Below are positions 55,301 to 64,000 of a stretch of DNA of 64,000 nucleotides, one piece after another (the first letter of the stretch is position 1; the number at the start of each line of letters is the position of its first letter). Below the pieces are notes generated by a model. That model made no database searches, was not told the DNA's origin, and worked only from the letters and a program-made list of their open reading frames with translations. The position numbers and the translations under genes were made by a program. This DNA is from Eledone cirrhosa (lineage: Eukaryota). The stretch is from positions 11,966,001 to 12,030,000 of the forward strand of contig OZ024742.1 of NCBI GenBank assembly GCA_964016885.1, written 5' to 3'.

Positions 55301-58300
55301 AGATATAGAGATATGTTGACAGTTGAGATGTGATAGAGATATGTTGACAGTTGAGATGTGATAGAGATATAGATATCTTGACAGTTGAGATGTGATAGAG
55401 ATATGTTGACAGTTGAGATGTAATTGAGATAGAGATATGTTGACAGTTGAGATGTGATAGATATAGAGATATGTTGACAGTTTAGATATGATAGAGATGG
55501 AGATATGTTAACAGTTGATAAGTGATAGATATAGAGATATGTTGACAGTTGAGATGTGATCGAGATAGAGATATGTTGACAGTTGATAAGTGATAGAGAT
55601 GGAGATATGTTGACAGTTTAAATGTGATAGAGATAGAGATATGTTGACAGTTGAGATGTGATAGAGATAGATATATGTGGACAGTTGATATGTGATAGAT
55701 ATAGAGATATGTTGACAGTTAGATGTGATAGAGATAGAGATATGTTGACAGTTGAGATGTGATAGAGATAGAGATATGTTGACAGTTGAGATGTGATAGA
55801 GATAGAGATATGTTGACAGCTGATATCTGATAGATATAGAGATATATTGACAGTTGAGATGTGATAGATATAGAGATATATTGACAGTTGAGATATGATA
55901 GAGATGGAGATATGTTGACAGTTGATAAGTGATAGATATAGAGATATGTTGACAGTTGAGATGTGATAGGGATAGAGATATGTTGACAGTTGAGATGTGA
56001 TAGAGATATGTTGACAGTTGAGATGTCATAGAGATAGAGATATGTTGACAGTTGATATGTGATAGATATAGAGATATGTTGACAGTTAGATGTGATAGAT
56101 ATAGAGATATGTTGAGAGTTGAGATGTGATAAAGACAGAGATATGTTGACAGTTGAGATGTGATAGAGATAGAGATATGTTGACAGTTGAGATGTGATAG
56201 AGATAGAGATATGTTGACAGTTGAGATGTGATAGAGATATGTTGACAGTTGAGTTGTGATATATATAGAGATATGTTGACAGTTGAGATGTGATAGATAT
56301 AGAGATATGTTGACAGTTGAGATGTGAGAGATATAGAGATATGTTGACAGTTGAGATGTGATAGAGATATGTAGACAGTTGAGATGTGATAGAGATAGAG
56401 ATATCTTGACAGTTGAGATGTGATAGAGATAGAGATATCTTGACAGTTGAAATGTGATAGAGATATGTTGACAGTTGAGATGTGATAGGGATAGAGATAT
56501 GTTGACAGTTGAGATGTGATAGATATAGAGATAGGTTGACAGTTGAGATCTGATAGAGATAGAGATATGTTGACAGTTGAGATATGATAGAGATGGAGAT
56601 ATGTTGACAGTTGACATGTGATAGAGATATGTTGACAGTTGAGATGTGATAGAGATAGAGATATGTTTACAGTTGAGATGTGATATAGATATGTTGACAG
56701 TTGAGATGTGATAGAGATAGATATATGTGGACAGTTGATATGTGATAGATATAGAGATATGTTGACAGTTAGATGTGATAGAGATAGAGATATGTTGACA
56801 GTTGAGATGTGATAGAGATAGAGATATGTTGACAGTTGAGATGTGATAGAGATAGAGATATGTTGACAGCTGATATCTGATAGATATAGAGATATATTGA
56901 CAGTTGAGATGTGATAGATATAGAGATATATTGACAGTTGAGATATGATAGAGATGGAGATATGTTGACAGTTGATAAGTGATAGATATAGAGATATGTT
57001 GACAGTTGAGATGTGATAGGGATAGAGATATGTTGACAGTTGAGATGTGATAGAGATATGTTGACAGTTGAGATGTCATAGAGATAGAGATATGTTGACA
57101 GTTGATATGTGATAGATATAGAGATATGTTGACAGTTAGATGTGATAGATATAGAGATATGTTGAGAGTTGAGATGTGATAAAGACAGAGATATGTTGAC
57201 AGTTGAGATGTGATAGAGATAGAGATATGTTGACAGTTGAGATGTGATAGAGATAGAGATATGTTGACAGTTGAGATGTGATAGAGATATGTTGACAGTT
57301 GAGTTGTGATATATATAGAGATATGTTGACAGTTGAGATGTGATAGATATAGAGATATGTTGACAGTTGAGATGTGAGAGATATAGAGATATGTTGACAG
57401 TTGAGATGTGATAGAGATATGTAGACAGTTGAGATGTGATAGAGATAGAGATATCTTGACAGTTGAGATGTGATAGAGATAGAGATATCTTGACAGTTGA
57501 AATGTGATAGAGATATGTTGACAGTTGAGATGTGATAGGGATAGAGATATGTTGACAGTTGAGATGTGATAGATATAGAGATAGGTTGACAGTTGAGATC
57601 TGATAGAGATAGAGATATGTTGACAGTTGAGATATGATAGAGATGGAGATATGTTGACAGTTGACATGTGATAGAGATATGTTGACAGTTGAGATGTGAT
57701 AGAGATAGAGATATGTTTACAGTTGAGATGTGATATAGATATGTTGACAGTTGAGATGTGATAGAGATAGAGATATGTTAACAGTTGAGATGTGATAGAG
57801 ATAGAGATATGTTGACAGTTGAGATGTGATAGAGAAAGAGATATGTTGACAGTTGAGATGTGATAGATATAGAGATATGTTGACAGTTGAGATGTGATAG
57901 ATATAGAGATATGTTGACAGTTGAGATGTGATAGATATAGAGATAGGTTGACAGTTGAGATGTGATAGAGATAGAGATATGTTGGCAGTTGAGATATGAT
58001 AGAGATGGAGATATGTTGACAGTTGACATGTGATAGAGATATGTTGACAGTTGAGATGTGATAGAGATAGAGATATGTTTACAGTTGAGATGTGATAGAG
58101 ATGGAGATATGTTGACAGTTGAGATGTGATAGAGATATGTTGACAGTTGAGATGTGATAGAGATAGAGATATGTTGACAGTTGATATGTGATAGATATAG
58201 AGATATGTTGACAGTTGATATGTGATAGATATAGAGATATGTTGACAGTTAGATGTGATAGAGATAGAGATATGTTGACAGTTGAGATGTGATAAAGATA

Positions 58301-61300
58301 GAGATATGTTGACAGTTGAGATGTGATAGATATAGAGATATGTTGACAGTTGCGATGTGATAGATATAGAGATATGTTGACAGGTGAGATGTGATAGAGA
58401 TAGAGATATGTTGACAGTTGATAGGTGATAGATATAGCGATATGTTGACAGTTGAGATGTGATAGAAATAGAGAGATGTTGACAGTTGATAAGTGATAGA
58501 TATAGCGATATGTTGACAGTTGAGATATGATAGAGATAGAGATGTGTTGACAGTTGAGATGTGATAGAGATAGAGATATGTTGACAGTTGAGATGTGATA
58601 GAGATAGAGATATGTTGACAGTTGAGATGTGATAGAGATAGAGATTTGTTGACAGTTGAGATGTGATAGAGATATGTTGACAGGTGAGATGTGATAGAGA
58701 TAGAGATATGTTGACAGTTGATAGGTGATAGATATAGCGATATGTTGACAGTTGCGATGTGACAGATATAGAGATATGTTGACAGTTGAGATGTGATAGG
58801 GATAGAGATATGTTTGAGATGTGATAGGGATAGAGATATGTTGACAGTTGAGATGTGATGGAGATAGAGATATGTGGACAGTTGATATCTGATAGATATA
58901 GAGATATATTGACAGTTGAGATGTGATAGATATAGAGATATGTTGACAGTTGAGATGTGATAGCGATAGAGATATGTTGACAGTTGAGATGTGATAGAGA
59001 TAGAGATATGTTGACAGTTGATATGTGATAGATATAGAGATATGTTGAGAGTTGAGATGTGATAGAGATAGAGATATGTTGACAGTTGAGATGTGATAGA
59101 GATATGTTGACAGTTGAGATGTGATATATATAGAGATATCTTGACAGTTGAGATGTGATAGATATAGAGATATGTTGACAGTTGAGATGTGAGAGATATA
59201 GAGATATGTTGACAGTTGACATGTGATAGAGATATGTAGACAGTTGAGATGTGATAGAGATAGAGATATCTTGACAGTTGAGATGTGATAGAGATAGAGA
59301 TATCTTGACAGTTGAGATGTGATAGAGATATGTTGACAGTTGAGATGTGATAGGGATAGAGATATGTTGACAGTTGAGATGTGATAGATATAGAGATAGG
59401 TTGACAGTTGAGATCTGATAGAGATAGAGATATGTTGACAGTTGAGATATGATAGAGATGGAGATATGTTGACAGTTGACATGTGATAGAGATATGTTGA
59501 CAGTTGAGATGTGATAGAGATAGAGATATGTTTACAGTTGAGATGTGATATAGATATGTTGACAGTTGAGATGTGATAGAGATAGAGATATGTTAACATT
59601 TGAGATGTGATAGAGATAGAGATATGTTGACAGTTGAGATGTGATAGAGAAAGAGATATGTTGACAGTTGAGATGTGATAGATATAGAGATATGTTGACA
59701 GTTGAGATGTGATAGATATAGAGATATGTTGACAGTTGAGATGTGATAGATATAGAGATAGGTTGACAGTTGTGATGTGATAGAGATAGAGATATGTTGA
59801 CAGTTGAGATATGATAGAGATGGAGATATGTTGACAGTTGACATGTGATAGAGATATGTTGACAGTTGAGATGTGATAGAGATAGAGATATGTTTACAGT
59901 TGAGATGTGATAGAGATGGAGATATGTTGACAGTTGAGATGTGATAGAGATATGTTGACAGTTGAGATGTGATAGAGATAGAGATATGTTGACAGTTGAT
60001 ATGTGATAGATATAGAGATATGTTGACAGTTGATATGTGATAGATATAGAGATATGTTGACAGTTAGATGTGATAGAGATAGAGATATGTTGACAGTTGA
60101 GATGTGATAAAGATAGAGATATGTTGACAGTTGAGATGTGATAGATATAGAGATATGTTGACAGTTGCGATGTGATAGATATAGAGATATGTTGACAGGT
60201 GAGATGTGATAGAGATAGAGATATGTTGACAGTTGATAGGTGATAGATATAGCGATATGTTGACAGTTGAGATGTGATAGAAATAGAGAGATGTTGACAG
60301 TTGATAAGTGATAGATATAGCGATATGTTGACAGTTGAGATATGATAGAGATAGAGATGTGTTGACAGTTGAGATGTGATAGAGATAGAGATATGTTGAC
60401 AGTTGAGATGTGATAGAGATAGAGATATGTTGACAGTTGAGATGTGATAGAGATAGAGATTTGTTGACAGTTGAGATGTGATAGAGATATGTTGACAGGT
60501 GAGATGTGATAGAGATAGAGATATGTTGACAGTTGATAGGTGATAGATATAGCGATATGTTGACAGTTGCGATGTGACAGATATAGAGATATGTTGACAG
60601 TTGATATCTGATAGATATAGAGATATATTGACAGTTGAGATGTGATAGATATAGAGATATGTTGACAGTTGAGATGTGATAGGGATAGAGATATGTTGAC
60701 AGTTGAGATGTGATAGAGATAGAGATATGTTGACAGTTGAGATGTGATAGATATAGAGATATGTTGACAGTTGAGATGTGATAGATATAGAGATATGTTG
60801 ACAATTGTGATGTGATAGATATAGAGATATGTTGACAGTTGAGATGTGATAGAGATATGTTGACAGTTGAGATGTGATAGAGATATAGATATCTTGACAG
60901 TTGAGATGTGATAGAGATATGTTGACAGTTGAGATGTAATTGAGATAGAGATATGTTGACAGTTGAGATGTGATAGATATAGAGATATGTTGACAGTTTA
61001 GATATGATAGAGATGGAGATATGTTAACAGTTGATAAGTGATAGATATAGAGATATGTTGACAGTTGAGATGTGATCGAGATAGAGATATGTTGACAGTT
61101 GATAAGTGATAGAGATGGAGATATGTTGACAGTTTAAATGTGATAGAGATAGAGATATGTTGACAGTTGAGATGTGATAGAGATAGATATATGTGGACAG
61201 TTGATATGTGATAGATATAGAGATATGTTGACAGTTAGATGTGATAGAGATAGAGATATGTTGACAGTTGAGATGTGATAGAGATAGAGATATGTTGACA

Positions 61301-64000
61301 GTTGAGATGTGATAGAGATAGAGATATGTTGACAGCTGATATCTGATAGATATAGAGATATATTGACAGTTGAGATGTGATAGATATAGAGATATATTGA
61401 CAGTTGAGATATGATAGAGATGGAGATATGTTGACAGTTGATAAGTGATAGATATAGAGATATGTTGACAGTTGAGATGTGATAGGGATAGAGATATGTT
61501 GACAGTTGAGATGTGATAGAGATATGTTGACAGTTGAGATGTCATAGAGATAGAGATATGTTGACAGTTGATATGTGATAGATATAGAGATATGTTGACA
61601 GTTAGATGTGATAGATATAGAGATATGTTGAGAGTTGAGATGTGATAAAGACAGAGATATGTTGACAGTTGAGATGTGATAGAGATAGAGATATGTTGAC
61701 AGTTGAGATGTGATAGAGATAGAGATATGTTGACAGTTGAGATGTGATAGAGATATGTTGACAGTTGAGTTGTGATATATATAGAGATATGTTGACAGTT
61801 GAGATGTGATAGATATAGAGATATGTTGACAGTTGAGATGTGAGAGATATAGAGATATGTTGACAGTTGAGATGTGATAGAGATATGTAGACAGTTGAGA
61901 TGTGATAGAGATAGAGATATCTTGACAGTTGAGATGTGATAGAGATAGAGATATCTTGACAGTTGAGATGTGATAGAGATAGAGATATCTTGACAGTTGA
62001 GATGTGATAGAGATATGTTGACAGTTGAGATGTGATAGGGATAGAGATGTGTTGACAGTTGATATGTGATAGAGATAGAGATATGTTGACAGTTGAGATG
62101 TGATAGAGATATGTTGACAGTTGAGATGTGATAGAGATAGAGATATGTTGACAGTTGAGATGTGATAGAGATAGAGATATGTTGACAGTTGAGATGTGAT
62201 AGATATAGAGATATGTTGACAGTTGAGATATGATAGCGATGGAGATATGTTGACAGTTGAGATGTGATAGAGATATGTTGACAGTTGAGATGTGATAGAG
62301 TTAGAAATATGTTGACAGTTGAGATGTGATAGATATAGAGATATGTTGACAGTTGAGATGTGATAAAGATAGAGATATGTTGACAGTTGAGATGTGATAG
62401 AGATAGAGATATGTTGACAGTTGAGATATGATAGCGATGGAGATATGTTGACAGTTGAGATGTGATATAGATATAGAGATAGGTTGACAGTTGAGATCTG
62501 ATAGAGATAGAGATATGTTGACAGTTGAGATATGATAGAGATGGAGATATGTTGACAGTTGACATGTGATAGAGATATGTTGACAGTTGAGATGTGATAG
62601 AGATAGAGATATGTTTACAGTTGAGATGTGATATAGATATGTTGACAGTTGAGATGTGATAGAGATAGAGATATGTTAACAGTTGAGATGTGATAGAGAT
62701 AGAGATATGTTGACAGTTGAGATGTGATAGAGAAAGAGATATGTTGACAGTTGAGATGTGATAGATATAGAGATATGTTGACAGTTGAGATGTGATAGAT
62801 ATAGAGATATGTTGACAGTTGAGATGTGATAGATATAGAGATAGGTTGACAGTTGAGATGTGATAGAGATAGAGATATGTTGGCAGTTGAGATATGATAG
62901 AGATGGAGATATGTTGACAGTTGACATGTGATAGAGATATGTTGACAGTTGAGATGTGATAGAGATAGAGATATGTTTACAGTTGAGATGTGATAGAGAT
63001 GGAGATATGTTGACAGTTGAGATGTGATAGAGATATGTTGACAGTTGAGATGTGATAGAGATAGAGATATGTTGACAGTTGATATGTGATAGATATAGAG
63101 ATATGTTGACAGTTGATATGTGATAGATATAGAGATATGTTGACAGTTAGATGTGATAGAGATAGAGATATGTTGACAGTTGAGATGTGATAAAGATAGA
63201 GATATGTTGACAGTTGAGATGTGATAGATATAGAGATATGTTGACAGTTGCGATGTGATAGATATAGAGATATGTTGACAGGTGAGATGTGATAGAGATA
63301 GAGATATGTTGACAGTTGATAGGTGATAGATATAGCGATATGTTGACAGTTGAGATGTGATAGAAATAGAGAGATGTTGACAGTTGATAAGTGATAGATA
63401 TAGCGATATGTTGACAGTTGAGATATGATAGAGATAGAGATGTGTTGACAGTTGAGATGTGATAGAGATAGAGATATGTTGACAGTTGAGATGTGATAGA
63501 GATAGAGATATGTTGACAGTTGAGATGTGATAGAGATAGAGATTTGTTGACAGTTGAGATGTGATAGAGATATGTTGACAGGTGAGATGTGATAGAGATA
63601 GAGATATGTTGACAGTTGATAGGTGATAGATATAGCGATATGTTGACAGTTGCGATGTGACAGATATAGAGATATGTTGACAGTTGAGATGTGATAGGGA
63701 TAGAGATATGTTGACAGTTGAGATGTGATGGAGATAGAGATATGTGGACAGTTGATATCTGATAGATATAGAGATATATTGACAGTTGAGATGTGATAGA
63801 TATAGAGATATGTTGACAGTTGAGATGTGATAGGGATAGAGATATGTTGACAGTTGAGATGTGATAGAGATAGAGATATGTTGACAGTTGAGATGTGATA
63901 GAGATAGAGATATGTTGACAGTTGATATGTGATAGATATAGAGATATGTTGAGAGTTGAGATGTGATAGAGATAGAGATATGTTGACAGTTGAGATGTGA
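40380..64000. repeat. 34-bp satellite GAGATATGTTGACAGTTGAGATGTGATAGAGATA with 28- and 32-bp variants and higher-order repeats
   Basis: Continuous for more than 23.6 kb (roughly 700 monomers). Near-identical variant blocks recur at offsets 2453, 4904, 5516 and 10420. Runs off the right edge of the window. Confidence 0.98.

Noticed and set aside
40059-62927. Long minus-strand ORFs (STVNISLSLSHLNCQHISISITSQL...)
   Set aside because: All three frames give the same cyclic peptide because the 34-bp unit lacks minus-strand stops. Frame-shifting 28/32/34-bp variants are tolerated. Not zinc fingers.

Overview
AT-rich, microsatellite-saturated animal genomic DNA. The repeat style suggests a coleoid cephalopod, but that is inference only. 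No conventional host gene is recognisable. The window has three parts. (1) 1-11070 is a GGT-triplet-based array with ~2.4-2.55 kb higher-order duplications that stays in frame and could be a giant repetitive coding exon. (2) 11.1-40.3 kb is transposon-rich. It holds a full-length but disabled Tx1-clade L1-like element inside a (GATA)n tract and four Penelope-like (PLE) remnants carrying type I hammerhead ribozymes (three with intact cores, one with an unusually long stem II), two of them with inverted terminal copies. It also holds R4- and RTE-like LINE fragments, a tRNA SINE, a Helitron-like element, a 77-bp (7x11) minisatellite and several palindromes. (3) 40380-64000 is a 34-bp satellite with nested higher-order periods of about 2.45, 4.9/5.5 and 10.4 kb. 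Most of the long ORFs in the track are artefacts of repeats.
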